64,000 nt of DNA, from positions 543,260-607,259 of the forward strand of contig CAWFFN010000012.1 in NCBI GenBank assembly GCA_963815115.1. The letters are read 5' to 3'. The translations under genes and the position numbers were made by a program. This DNA is from an uncultured delta proteobacterium (GTDB lineage Bacteria; Desulfobacterota; Binatia; DP-6). Shown here in pieces: positions 9,514-18,941 of the stretch (the stretch's first letter is position 1; every line of letters begins with the position of its first letter). The notes under the pieces are model-generated. The model had not been told where the DNA came from. It saw nothing but the letters and a program-made list of their open reading frames with translations, and ran no database searches.

Positions 9514-10632
9514 TCAGGTCGTCAGGCCCCAGAAGCGCGCGGCATTGCTGCACACGATCTTGCGGCGCTCGTCCTCCGGCAGATCGCCGAACAGCGAGTC
9601 GATCACGCGCCGCGAGTACGGCCAGTCGTTGCCGTGGTGCGGGAAGTCGGTCGACCACGCCATGTTGTCGACGCCCACCTGGTGGCGAACGCTGACCCCG
9701 CTGCGATCGACGATGAAGGTGGCGAGCCAGTGATCGCGGAAGTAGTCGCTCGGCACCTTCTTGATCTTCGTCCCCGCCCACAGGCGGTTCCGCCACCAGC
9801 GGTCGTCGGTCATCTCGAGGAAGTGCGGGATCCAGCCCACGCCCGTCTCGACCGCCGCCATGCGCAGTCGCGGGAAGCGATCGAAGATTCCCTGGAAGAT
9901 CGTCTCGGTGATCAGCGGCATGGTGAGCGCGAACGCGGTGGCGCCGATCGCGACGGCCGCCTGCTTCGATGCCGCCGTCTTCGTCTGCTGCGCGGCGAGC
10001 AGCAGGTGGATGCTGACGGGCATGTCGAGCTGGGCGGCGGCATCCCAGAACGGATCGTCCTCGGCGCGCAGGTTGTCGCCTCCCGACGGCCAGGCCGAGA
10101 TGGCGACGCCGCGGAAGCCCTCCTTCTTCGCCCGCTCGAGCTCCGCGACCGACGTCTCGATGCCGACGTTCGGAATCTGGAAGATGCCGATCAGGCGCTC
10201 GGGATCCGCCGCGCAGAAGCCGTCCTTCAGCCAGCGGTCGTAGGCGCGGATGCCGGCGAGGTGGGCGTCGACGTCCTTGTTCTTCATGAACGTGAGCATC
10301 GCGCGCTGCGGCGGGTAGAGCATCTCGGCGTCGACGCCGTCCTGGTCCATGATCTTCAAGCGCTCGGCGCCGTCGTAGCACGACGGGTGGATGTTCACGC
10401 CGTAGCGCTTGCCGGTCCACTTGAGCTCCTCGGGATGCGTGCCGACGCAGGTGACCAGGCCGAGCGGCTCGGGCGTGGTCGAGCCCATGTAGAGCCAGGC
10501 GTGGCCACCGTCGCCGTCGTCGACCAGCTTCGGGGCCGTGTCGAGATACTTCCGCTCGAGCCACCGCTCCCACAGGTCGGGCGGCTCGACGGTGTGGGAG
10601 TCTGCCGAGATGACGCGATAGCTACGGGCCAT
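9514..10632 (-). CDS. amidohydrolase-2 family (ACMSD-like TIM-barrel metal-dependent hydrolase)
   Basis: N-terminal RVISADSHTVEPPDLW and the later VDNMAWSTDFPH are typical of amidohydrolase_2 proteins. Confidence 0.8.
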   Translation of the reverse strand: MARSYRVISADSHTVEPPDLWERWLERKYLDTAPKLVDDGDGGHAWLYMGSTTPEPLGLVTCVGTHPEELKWTGKRYGVNIHPSCYDGAERLKIMDQDGVDAEMLYPPQRAMLTFMKNKDVDAHLAGIRAYDRWLKDGFCAADPERLIGIFQIPNVGIETSVAELERAKKEGFRGVAISAWPSGGDNLRAEDDPFWDAAAQLDMPVSIHLLLAAQQTKTAASKQAAVAIGATAFALTMPLITETIFQGIFDRFPRLRMAAVETGVGWIPHFLEMTDDRWWRNRLWAGTKIKKVPSDYFRDHWLATFIVDRSGVSVRHQVGVDNMAWSTDFPHHGNDWPYSRRVIDSLFGDLPEDERRKIVCSNAARFWGLTT

Positions 10633-10641
10633 CCGAGAGCA

Positions 10642-11580
10642 CTAGCAGGCCCGGCGGCTCGCAGGGAAGAGCGGACGAAAAAGTCGGGCCGGGACAGGCA
10701 ATCGCCCGTCCCGGCCCGGTTGATGGACCGCGCGGCGCGCGGCGAGGGTTGCGGTTAGTTGTCGAGGAACGCGCCGCTGGGCGACGCCGCAGAAGCTGTC
10801 CGGCGAGGTGTTGGCGAGGATGCCAGTGATGAGGCCGGTGAGCTGGGTTCCGGTAGTCAGTGCGTAGCACGGAGGCGTGGCTCCCGGGACGTCGGCGCAG
10901 ACCTTGTCGATCGAGTCGGCGGTCTTCCCCGCCGCCTTGTCGATGGCCGCCTGCGTGGCGGGGTCGGGCACCGTCGGCGGCATGCCGGCGAACACGCACT
11001 GATTCGCGCCGATCTTCCCGTTGAACGCGTTGGTCACGCACTTGGAGACGGCCTTGCCGAAGCTGCCGACGTACTTCACGAGGGCCTTGGCGACGCCGTC
11101 CTCACACTTGGCCTGATCCTTGGTGGGCGTCATGTTGGTGTTCTCGAGGCAGAACACCGCAGGGCCGACGGTATCGACGTTGGTCTCGGCCGAGGCCACG
11201 AAGCCAGTGCCACCCGGACAGTCACTCGGAGTGTTGTCCGCGTAGCAGTCGGGACAGTCCTTCGTGCAGCCCTTCGTGATCCCCGCCACGGCCTTCTGCT
11301 CGGCGCCCTTGCCGGTGATGGCGTCGCTGATGCAGGTGGCCGTCGTGCCGCCATAGGGGGGCGTGCAATCGGTGTAGGGGCCATTGGTCTTGCGCGCCGT
11401 CGAGAGGCACTTCATGGCGCACTTGGCCTTCGAGCTGACGAACTTCGCGCTCGTCTTCGACTGGCCGGTCTCGCACTTGAGCTCGTCCTTGTTTCCGGGT
11501 GCCACCTGGGCAAAGACCGGGGACGTGACGAAGCAGAGCGCTCCTGCCGCCAGGGCGATTCCCCGGAGACGTCCTTTCAT
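10642..11580 (-). CDS. secreted Cys-rich protein (helical K/A-rich domain with paired cysteines)
   Basis: ATG at 11580 with GGAGGG as RBS. Signal peptide MKGRLRGIALAAGALCFVTSPVFAQ. Repeated KCxxxxKxxAKxxxxKxKC patterns resemble the N-domains of the 26237 and 60382 proteins. Confidence 0.6.
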   Translation of the reverse strand: MKGRLRGIALAAGALCFVTSPVFAQVAPGNKDELKCETGQSKTSAKFVSSKAKCAMKCLSTARKTNGPYTDCTPPYGGTTATCISDAITGKGAEQKAVAGITKGCTKDCPDCYADNTPSDCPGGTGFVASAETNVDTVGPAVFCLENTNMTPTKDQAKCEDGVAKALVKYVGSFGKAVSKCVTNAFNGKIGANQCVFAGMPPTVPDPATQAAIDKAAGKTADSIDKVCADVPGATPPCYALTTGTQLTGLITGILANTSPDSFCGVAQRRVPRQLTATLAARRAVHQPGRDGRLPVPARLFRPLFPASRRAC

Positions 11581-11651
11581 AGTGTGTCCCTCCCTCTCTC
11601 GACGTTGTGTGTGGTGTCGCGGCGCGCGCACCACGCGCACGCCAAACATCA

Positions 11652-11661
11652 GTCACGTGAC
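11652..11661. promoter_or_regulatory. perfect 10-bp palindrome GTCACGTGAC upstream of the Cys-rich secreted protein gene
   Basis: Self-complementary 10-mer about 70 nt upstream of the ATG at 11580. A TTGACA hexamer lies further upstream on the sense (minus) strand. Confidence 0.3.
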
Positions 11662-11920
11662 GAAATACGCTTAGGGTGGGACCGGAACCCTGTCAACGGA
11701 AAAAGTGCACGGTCTAGGAGAAATCTGGCGCCATGCGACGGATGATGCGCACGCGTATCGCGTCACGCAGAGCACATGCGCACACGCGGCATTTCATTCG
11801 ATTCTTGGCTGATCATCATCGCGCAATGCGAAGATGCGTCACGCTCCTGCACCCCTGCAGTCCTGACGTCGCAGTACCGTCCGGGATGAAGACGCCGATG
11901 CCATCGCGTAGACTGCTGCG

Positions 11921-12514
11921 ATGGACGCGGATCTTCTAGGCGAACTCGGTGTGGCCTCCGGGGCGGCTGCGGCGTCCGGTCTTCGTCTCTACGGGACGGT
12001 CGCCGCGCTCGGCTTGCTGGACCACCTCGGCGTCTTGCACCTGCCAGGCAGTCTCGCGGTGCTCGGGCACCCCGCCATCATCGGACTGGCCGCGACGCTC
12101 TATCTGGCCGAGTTCGTCGCCGACAAGATTCCGGTGTTCGACTCGGTCTGGGACGCGATCCACACCTTCGTTCGCATCCCCGCGGGCGCTGTCCTCGCGT
12201 TCGCGCTCCTGCACGACGTGCAGGAGCCCTGGCGCACGGCGGCGGCGCTCCTCGGCGGCGCAGTGGCGCTGTCGGCTCACGGCCTGAAGGCGAGCGCACG
12301 ACTCGCGGCGAACGCAAGCCCCGAGCCCTTCTCCAACTGGGGTCTGTCGTTCTCGGAGGAGCTGGCCGTCGTCGGCGTGCTGTGGCTCGCGGTGGCCCAT
12401 CCGCTGGCCGCCGTCGCGATCGGTCTCGCCCTGCTGGTGTGTGCCGGCCTCGCCGCCGGGTGGATACTGCGGGCCCTCCGGCGTCTCTTCCGCCGCCGGC
12501 CAGCGCCGGCATGA
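11921..12514 (+). CDS. DUF4126-family integral membrane protein
   Basis: 197 aa, 4-5 predicted TM helices, a Gly/Ala-rich N-terminus and the pattern LLDHLGVLHLPGSLAVLGHP typical of DUF4126. Confidence 0.6.
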   Translation: MDADLLGELGVASGAAAASGLRLYGTVAALGLLDHLGVLHLPGSLAVLGHPAIIGLAATLYLAEFVADKIPVFDSVWDAIHTFVRIPAGAVLAFALLHDVQEPWRTAAALLGGAVALSAHGLKASARLAANASPEPFSNWGLSFSEELAVVGVLWLAVAHPLAAVAIGLALLVCAGLAAGWILRALRRLFRRRPAPA

Positions 12515-12595
12515 GAACGTTGCGGTCTGCCGTGGCGTGGTCGAGGTGCGCGAAGCTACGCGCCAGGCGTGTGACGGCGTGCGGGGCGGTGTCGC

Positions 12596-12625
12596 TTGAC
12601 GCCCGCATTGCCGGCGGCGTACTTG
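12596..12625 (+). promoter_or_regulatory. candidate sigma70-type promoter for comA (TTGACG-N18-TACTTG)
   Basis: Hexamers lie about 10 nt upstream of the comA GTG start (12636); short-leader or leaderless arrangement. Confidence 0.3.
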
Positions 12626-12635
12626 AAGGCCGCCC

Positions 12636-13490
12636 GTGGCAACGCAGACGAGAGTCATCGCCGGCGCTCAGGGCGCGGAGCTTTTCCGCGACCCGCGACG
12701 CACGCTGAAGCCGCGCAAGACCGGCCTCACGCAGGTGCTCGACAAGGGTCTCTCGATCGCCGAGGCCGAAGGCATGCTCGAGGTGGCCGAAGGGTACGTC
12801 GACTTCGTGAAGTTCGGCTGGGCCACCTCGGTGGTGGTGGAGAACTTCGAGGCCAAGCTCGAGACATTTCGCCGCCACGGCATCGACGTGTGCTGCGGCG
12901 GCAGTCTCTTCGAGCTCGCCGTGCACCGCAAGCAGCTGAAGGAGTACATCGCCTTCCTGCTCGATCACGGGTTCAAGTTCGTCGAGGTCTCCGACGGCAC
13001 CATCGTGATCCCGCTTGCCGAGAAGCTCCGCTACATCGAGCGTATGGCGAAACACTTCACGGTGTTCTCCGAGGTCGGGCGCAAGGATCGTACCCACGTC
13101 GTCGCGCCGCGGCGCTGGGTCGATCAGATCAAGAGCGAGCTGGGGGCAGGGGCGTGGAAGGTGATCGTCGAGGGGCGCGAATCGGGGACCGTCGGAATCT
13201 ACTACTCGTCGGGAGAGATCAAGGCAGGCCTGATCGACGAGATCCAGATGCAGATCGAGACGAGCCGCATCATATTCGAGGCGCCTCGAAAGCCCCAGCA
13301 GGTATGGTTCATCAAGCACTTCGGTCCAAACGTGAATCTCGGCAACATCCCGCCCGAGGACGTGATCTCGGTCGAGACCATCCGTCAGGGGCTGCGCGCC
13401 GACACCTTGCTGTTCGATCATGATGGTCATCCGTCGCCACCGACTGCTCAGCGGCGCACGGGAAGCCCGCGGCGTCGCGGTCGTCATTGA
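12636..13490 (+). CDS. comA: (2R)-phospho-3-sulfolactate synthase
   Basis: GTG start. GLTQVLDKGL, YVDFVKFGWATS, KVIVEGRESG, IIFEAPRKPQQVWFIKHFGPNVNLGNI and VISVETIRQGLRADT align closely with archaeal ComA (VLDKGL / DFVKFGW / IIEGRESG / IFEAPQKSQQV / VNLANI / ETLRRGLRGDT). Confidence 0.85.
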   Translation: MATQTRVIAGAQGAELFRDPRRTLKPRKTGLTQVLDKGLSIAEAEGMLEVAEGYVDFVKFGWATSVVVENFEAKLETFRRHGIDVCCGGSLFELAVHRKQLKEYIAFLLDHGFKFVEVSDGTIVIPLAEKLRYIERMAKHFTVFSEVGRKDRTHVVAPRRWVDQIKSELGAGAWKVIVEGRESGTVGIYYSSGEIKAGLIDEIQMQIETSRIIFEAPRKPQQVWFIKHFGPNVNLGNIPPEDVISVETIRQGLRADTLLFDHDGHPSPPTAQRRTGSPRRRGRH

Positions 13491-14112
13491 CGTCTTCCGG
13501 GCTTTCAGCACCGCCGCCTATGCCTTCGAGCGGGGCGCGACCGAGGTGGTGCTGGTCGGGCCCGTCGAGGATGCCTTCGCGCTCCGCCGGCGATGGCCGG
13601 ATGCGCTCATCATGGGCGAGGTGGACGGCCGGCGCGTCGAGGGATTCGACTTCGGCAACTCGACGAGCGTCATCGCGCACGCCGAGCTGCGCGGCCGGCG
13701 GCTGATCCAGCGCACCAGCGCCGGCACCCAGGGCGTGCTCGCGGCACGGGGGGCCGACGAGATCGTGCTCGGGAGCTTCGTGTGCGCCGGCGCGATCGTG
13801 CGCCACGTCCGGCGGCGCGACCCGGCGGAGCTCTCCCTGGTCGCCATGGGGGTCCGGGGCGAGCGCCCGGCCGCCGAGGACGAGGCCTGCGCCGATCTGC
13901 TCGAGGCGCGCCTCGACGGGACGCCGCTCGACGAGGCCGCGCTGCTCCACCGCCTCGAATGCGGCGGCGCGGGCGAGCGCTTCGAGGAGGACTCGGACGA
14001 CTTCCCACGCGCCGACGTGCCGCACTGTCTCAGGCTGGATGCGTTCGACTTCGTGCTCACGGTGGCGCGTCGGGACGGGCTTCTGGTCGCCACGCCGCAG
14101 GCGGTTCCGTGA
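13420..14112 (+). CDS. comB: 2-phosphosulfolactate phosphatase
   Basis: VAVVIDVFRAFSTAAYAFERGA, VEGFDFGNS and CAGAIV match ComB motifs (VVIDVLRAxTT, EGFDxGNSP). It overlaps the comA 3' end by 71 nt, so the start is uncertain. Confidence 0.75.
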   Translation: MMVIRRHRLLSGAREARGVAVVIDVFRAFSTAAYAFERGATEVVLVGPVEDAFALRRRWPDALIMGEVDGRRVEGFDFGNSTSVIAHAELRGRRLIQRTSAGTQGVLAARGADEIVLGSFVCAGAIVRHVRRRDPAELSLVAMGVRGERPAAEDEACADLLEARLDGTPLDEAALLHRLECGGAGERFEEDSDDFPRADVPHCLRLDAFDFVLTVARRDGLLVATPQAVP

Positions 14113-14124
14113 TCGATTGCCCGA

Positions 14125-15402
14125 TTGGTTGACCACCGACGGCAGGCAGACGTACATTCCGCCGCCGCGATGCAGCGAGGACCGGAGGGAAGTGGCGCAC
14201 AGCTCGTTGCGCCGGCGGGCGATGCCGCTTCCCGGCGCGTCCTCTTCCTGGAGAGCAGCGTCGGCGGGGGCGTGATCGGCGGCTCCCTGACCGGCATCCT
14301 CGAGCTGCTGCCGCACCTCGATCGCGCCCGCTGGAATCCGGCGCTCGTGCTGGCGGAGCCGAAGCCCGCCCTCGACCCCGCAGGCGTTCCGGTGCACGTC
14401 CTGACCCCGCGGCGCGGCTCGGGAGGGGTGGACCGTGGCGCGCTGCCGGTGCGCGTGCTGCGCCGGGCATCGGAGGTGCTGGGGATCGTGGCGCCGCGCG
14501 CCCGCGAGCTGCTGCCGCTCTTCCGTCGCGAGCGGCCCGCGCTGGTCTATCTGGCGAGCGGTCTCACCTCGAATCTGGCCGGGGTACTGGCCGCCGCTCG
14601 TTGCGGTGTCCCGGTGGTGTGCCATTTCAAGGGCTTCCGGCGCGTGGGACCCGTCGATCGATTCTGCTCGCGCTGGATCGACACCGCCGTCTGCATGACC
14701 GACGAGATCTCCGAGCACTATCGCAGCCGGCGCATTCATGCGCGCCGCTTCGTCACCATCTACGACGGCATCGACGTCGCCCGCTTCGCGAGTGGGGGTG
14801 GCGCGACCGTCCGGCGCGAGCTCGACATCCCGGCGGCGGCGCCGCTGGTCGCCATCGTGGGCCACGTGCAGGAGTGGAAGGGCCAGCTCCTGGTGGCTGA
14901 GGCGGTCGCGCGGGCGCGCCGGCGCATCCCCGAGCTGCGCTGTCTGATCGTCGGCGGCATTCATCGGCTCGGCGCGGAGTACGGCGAGCGCCTGAAAGAA
15001 CGCGTGGCGGCTCCCGACCTGGCCGGTCACGTGCTGCTCACCGGCGCCCGGCGCGACGTCGCCGCCTGCATGGACGCAGCCGACCTCGTGATCCACGCCT
15101 CCAATCGTGAGCCCTTCGGGCGCGTCCTCCTCGAGGCCATGGCGGCGAGCCGTCCGGTGATCGCGCCCCGCGAAGGCGGACCGCGCGAGATCGTCGTCGA
15201 CGGCAAGACGGGCGTGCTGGTGCCGCCGCGCGACCCCGAGGCGCTCGCCTCGGCGATGGTCGCGCTGCTCGAGGACCCGGCGCGGCGTGCCGCCATCGCA
15301 CGCGCCGCCCGCACGCGCGTGGCGGAGGTCTTCGACATCAGCCGGCATGCGCGCGCAATCGAGGCCCTGTTCGACGACGTCGCGTCCCGGGTGCCGGCAT
15401 GA
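14125..15402 (+). CDS. GT4-family glycosyltransferase (glycosyl transferase group 1)
   Basis: N-terminal RRVLFLESSVGGGV, then the C-terminal GT4 core: the EX7E-like motif and GHVLLTGARRDVAACMDAADLVIHASNREPFGRVLLEAMAASRPVIAPREGGPREIV. The true start may be the internal ATG at 14170. Confidence 0.8.
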   Translation: MVDHRRQADVHSAAAMQRGPEGSGAQLVAPAGDAASRRVLFLESSVGGGVIGGSLTGILELLPHLDRARWNPALVLAEPKPALDPAGVPVHVLTPRRGSGGVDRGALPVRVLRRASEVLGIVAPRARELLPLFRRERPALVYLASGLTSNLAGVLAAARCGVPVVCHFKGFRRVGPVDRFCSRWIDTAVCMTDEISEHYRSRRIHARRFVTIYDGIDVARFASGGGATVRRELDIPAAAPLVAIVGHVQEWKGQLLVAEAVARARRRIPELRCLIVGGIHRLGAEYGERLKERVAAPDLAGHVLLTGARRDVAACMDAADLVIHASNREPFGRVLLEAMAASRPVIAPREGGPREIVVDGKTGVLVPPRDPEALASAMVALLEDPARRAAIARAARTRVAEVFDISRHARAIEALFDDVASRVPA

Positions 15403-16619
15403 GCAGCCGGCGCAAGGTCCTCGTGCTCGGCAAGAGCGACTCGAGCTTCCTGACCGTCATCCGGTCGCTCGGCCGCCAGGGCATCGAGGTCCACATCGCC
15501 TGGTGCCCGTCCATCGAGGTCGCCCGTCGGTCGCGCTACGTGCACACGGTTCACGAGCTGCCGCCGTTTCGCCCCGGCGACGACGCATGGAAGTGGGCGT
15601 TCCTCGATCTCTGCGAGCGTGAGCGCTTCGATCTCGTGATCCCGACCAACGATCCGACCATCATCCCGTTGCAGGAGCACCGCTCCGATCTCGAGCCGCA
15701 CGCGCGCATCTACCTGCTGAACGAGCGCGCCTACCGCGTGGGCTACGACAAGCAGCGCAGCTACGAGGTCTGTCGCGAGATCGGCGTCCGGGTCCCGAAT
15801 CACCTCATCCTGCCCGTGCCGGCCGAGCCGGCGGATGTGCTGCGCGAGTTCTCGCTACCCGTGGTGGTGAAGGCGCGCTCGTCGTTCCGCTCGGAGGATC
15901 TCGGCGATCGGCGCCGCACGCGCGTGGCGCGCGATCCGGACGCGCTTCGCCAGTGGCTGCACGTCCTGATCGGTCGCGCCGACGAGGTGCTCATCGAGGA
16001 GTACTTCGAGGGAGAGGGCGGCGGCATCGACCTGCTGTGCGCCGACGGCCAGGTGCTGCACGCCTTCCAGCACCTCCGGCTGCACGAGGGTCGCGGCTAC
16101 TCGTCGGCGCCGTACCGGCTGAGCGAGCCGGTGCACCAGGGGATGCTGGCCGACGCGCGCAAGTTCGTGCGCGCGCTCGACTACACGGGCGTCCTGATGA
16201 TGGAGTTCCGCATCAATCGCGCGACCGACCAGTGGCTGTTCCACGACTTCAACGCGCGCTTCTGGGCGGCGCTGCCGCTCACCGTCGCGTCGGGCGCGGA
16301 CTATCCGTACTGGCTCTACCAGGTGCTGGTCGAGGGAAAGCGCGACTTCCCCGCGGAGTATCGGTCCGGAATCTCCTGCCGCAACTGGCGCCTCGACCTG
16401 CTCTGGGTGAAGGAGAACTTGTCGCTGCCGCGCCACGAACGCACGCCCGTGCGCGAGCTGGCGAAGGAGGCCTGGCGCTTCGTCACCCTGCGCGAGTGGA
16501 GCGACACGCTGGTGCGCGACGATCCCGTGCCGGGCCTCGTCGACCTGTCGCGCATCGCCGGCCGGCTCGGCCGCACCATCGGCCGCGGCGGGCGGCTGTT
16601 CCCCTCGTCGGCGAGATAG
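15399..16619 (+). CDS. ATP-grasp domain ligase
   Basis: KVLVLGKSDSSFLTVIRSLGRQGIEVHIA is the pre-ATP-grasp N-domain. LPVVVKARSSF, EEYFEGEGG and MMEFRIN are the ATP-grasp core. The ATGA junction overlaps the GT4 stop. Confidence 0.75.
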   Translation: MSSRRKVLVLGKSDSSFLTVIRSLGRQGIEVHIAWCPSIEVARRSRYVHTVHELPPFRPGDDAWKWAFLDLCERERFDLVIPTNDPTIIPLQEHRSDLEPHARIYLLNERAYRVGYDKQRSYEVCREIGVRVPNHLILPVPAEPADVLREFSLPVVVKARSSFRSEDLGDRRRTRVARDPDALRQWLHVLIGRADEVLIEEYFEGEGGGIDLLCADGQVLHAFQHLRLHEGRGYSSAPYRLSEPVHQGMLADARKFVRALDYTGVLMMEFRINRATDQWLFHDFNARFWAALPLTVASGADYPYWLYQVLVEGKRDFPAEYRSGISCRNWRLDLLWVKENLSLPRHERTPVRELAKEAWRFVTLREWSDTLVRDDPVPGLVDLSRIAGRLGRTIGRGGRLFPSSAR

Positions 16620-16695
16620 CCCGGCAGCGAGCTCCCGTTCCCGCACCCGCTCTGCCTCCTTGACGCCGGGGCGGAGTGCCTCGTACGCCGGCGGC

Positions 16696-17490
16696 ATGAG
16701 CACGCTCGATGAGAGCCCGGTTCCGGACTATCCCGCGCTCGTTCGCCTCGACGGCCGCGGCTTCATCGTCGCCGGCGCGGGCCAGGGCATCGGCAGGCAG
16801 ACGGCCCACGCCCTTGCGGCGGCCGGGGCACGGATCGTGTGCGCCGACGCCGACCGCGAGCGTGCAGAGGCCGTCGCGGCCGAGGTGCGAGGCGCGGCGT
16901 GGGTGGGCGACGTGCGAGACCGGGCCGCGGTCGAGGGGCTCGTCGCCGGTGCCGGGCGCACGCTCGGGCCCCTCGACGGCCTGATCGACATCGTCGGCGA
17001 AGCCCGCTTCGGTCCGTTCCTCGATTGCACCGACGAGGACTGGGACTGGAGCTTCGGGATGGTACTGCGTCACGCGTACCTGGCGGCGCAGATCGCGGGT
17101 CGCGCCATGGCCGATCGTGGCGGGGTGATGGTCTTCGTGGCGTCGGTGAGCGGGCTCACCAGTGCGCCGCGCCATGCCGCGTACGGAGCCGCCAAGGCGG
17201 CCCTCATGTCCCTCGTGCGCACGGTTGCGGTGGAGCTCGGACCGCGCGGGGTTCGCGTCAACGCCGTGGCGCCGGGTGCGGTGTGGACGCCGCGTGTCGC
17301 CGCGCTTCTCGGCGAGGAGGGCAGGGCGCGCAACCTCGCCAACGCCCCGTTGCGCCGGATCGGAACTCCCGCTGACGTGGCGAGCACCATCCTGTTTCTC
17401 GCCTCGGACCTGTCGTCCTATCTGACCGGCCAGACGCTCGTGCTCGACGGCGGCGTCGGTGCCAAGTTTCCCTATCCCTCCGGGGCGTGA
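16696..17490 (+). CDS. SDR-family oxidoreductase
   Basis: GFIVAGAGQGIGRQTA is the TGxxxGxG motif. NAG-like IDIVG, the YGAAKAAL catalytic YxxxK and VNAVAPGAVWTP are present. Confidence 0.75.
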   Translation: MSTLDESPVPDYPALVRLDGRGFIVAGAGQGIGRQTAHALAAAGARIVCADADRERAEAVAAEVRGAAWVGDVRDRAAVEGLVAGAGRTLGPLDGLIDIVGEARFGPFLDCTDEDWDWSFGMVLRHAYLAAQIAGRAMADRGGVMVFVASVSGLTSAPRHAAYGAAKAALMSLVRTVAVELGPRGVRVNAVAPGAVWTPRVAALLGEEGRARNLANAPLRRIGTPADVASTILFLASDLSSYLTGQTLVLDGGVGAKFPYPSGA

Positions 17491-17600
17491 GGCGAAGGCG
17501 CCGGTCGACGACGCGGGCACGTGCTGGGCGGCGACGTTCTCCACCGCCAGATCGAACGACGGGACGGCGTTCGAGGCGAAGACGAGCTGAGACTCGGCCG

Positions 17601-18941
17601 CTACGCGGCCTTCCCACCCTGCAGGCGCGCGGCCATGCGGCGCGCCGCGCGCGCCATCTCGCCGATCTCCGCCGGCCGGACGAGCAGCGTCTCCAGGACG
17701 GAGTGCCCCGAGTCGCGCACGAAGGCGACGAGCAGCACGAGCGCGGCGGTGCCGTAGGACAGGCCGTTGGCGAGCGCGGCGCCGGAGATGCCGTAGCGCG
17801 GGATGAGGAAGATGTTCAACGTCACGTTGAGCGTGAGGGCGAGGCAAGCGGCCAGGATGTTGATCTCCTGCTTGCCCCGGCTGGTGAAGTTCCGGGTGAG
17901 CAGCTGGTAGAGCGCCATCATGAGCAGGCCGGGCAGGAGGATGAGCAGCGGCTTGATGGCGCCGTCGTAGCGGTGACCGTAGAGGATGGGGATCAGGAGG
18001 GGGCCGCCGACGGCGAATCCCAGGACGCCGAGGGCGAGGATGAAGAGCGTGGAGCGGGTGACGCGCGTGGTGGCGGCGTGGGCGTCGCGATCGGCGGAGC
18101 CGGCCAGGCGCGGGAACATCACGGTGCCGGTCGCCTCCGGAATCTTGAGGAGCAGGCTGCCGAAGTTGACCGCGATCGCGTAGAGGCCGACCTGGGCGGG
18201 GGGCAGGAAGAAGGCGCAGATGTACTGGTCGATGCGCAGGTGGAGCGTCGCCGCCAGCGTCTGCACGTAGGACTTGCTGCCGAACGACAGCATCCCGCGG
18301 GCGAGCGGCCGGTTCCAGTGCAGGTGCAGCGGCGCTTCACGGTGCACCCGCCAGGTCATCCACAGCGTCATGAAGACCTGGATCACGACCTGCACGATGA
18401 CCGCGCCGACGAGCCCCATGTGGAGCAGCACCAGCGTGATCAGGAGGCCGACCAGGCTGAGCACGTTCGGCACGATCTGGCGGACGTTGTATTCGCGGAA
18501 ACGCTCCTGCGCCTGCGCGACGCCCAGCAGATAGAACTGGAGCGTGACGAACGGGATCAGCGCCAGCGAGGGCGGGATGAGCGACGGGGGCGTGTCCTTC
18601 AGGAACTTCGCGATCAGCCAGTCGCGGCCGAGGTAGCACACCAGCGCGGCAACGGTGCCGCTGACGAAGGCGAACCAGATCGAGTTCGATGCGACGTCCG
18701 ACGCGGACGCCCCGCGCCGCCGCATGTAGTACACGCTTGCCTGCGGGATGCCGAGCTTGACGAAGTTCGACAGCATGATCGGCAGCAGCACGAGGAGCTG
18801 GAAGCGGCCGCGATCGGCCGGCCCGAGCCAGCGCGCCGTGATGATGCCGTTCACGATGCCGATGGCCATCATGGCCACCTGACCGCCGAGGACCTGGAGT
18901 GAGTCTGCGGCGAAGTGCCGGCGGGCCTTGTGCTCAGCCAT
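17601..18941 (-). CDS. polysaccharide biosynthesis flippase (Wzx/MOP-superfamily)
   Basis: 446 aa from the ATG at 18941, about 12 TM helices. N-terminal FAADSLQVLGGQVAMMAIGIVNGIITARWLGPADRGRF is typical of the oligosaccharide flippase family. Confidence 0.7.
   Translation of the reverse strand: MAEHKARRHFAADSLQVLGGQVAMMAIGIVNGIITARWLGPADRGRFQLLVLLPIMLSNFVKLGIPQASVYYMRRRGASASDVASNSIWFAFVSGTVAALVCYLGRDWLIAKFLKDTPPSLIPPSLALIPFVTLQFYLLGVAQAQERFREYNVRQIVPNVLSLVGLLITLVLLHMGLVGAVIVQVVIQVFMTLWMTWRVHREAPLHLHWNRPLARGMLSFGSKSYVQTLAATLHLRIDQYICAFFLPPAQVGLYAIAVNFGSLLLKIPEATGTVMFPRLAGSADRDAHAATTRVTRSTLFILALGVLGFAVGGPLLIPILYGHRYDGAIKPLLILLPGLLMMALYQLLTRNFTSRGKQEINILAACLALTLNVTLNIFLIPRYGISGAALANGLSYGTAALVLLVAFVRDSGHSVLETLLVRPAEIGEMARAARRMAARLQGGKAA

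Noticed and set aside
12078-13511. 477-aa minus-strand ORF across comA
   Set aside because: Antisense to ComA, which matches archaeal ComA over its full length.
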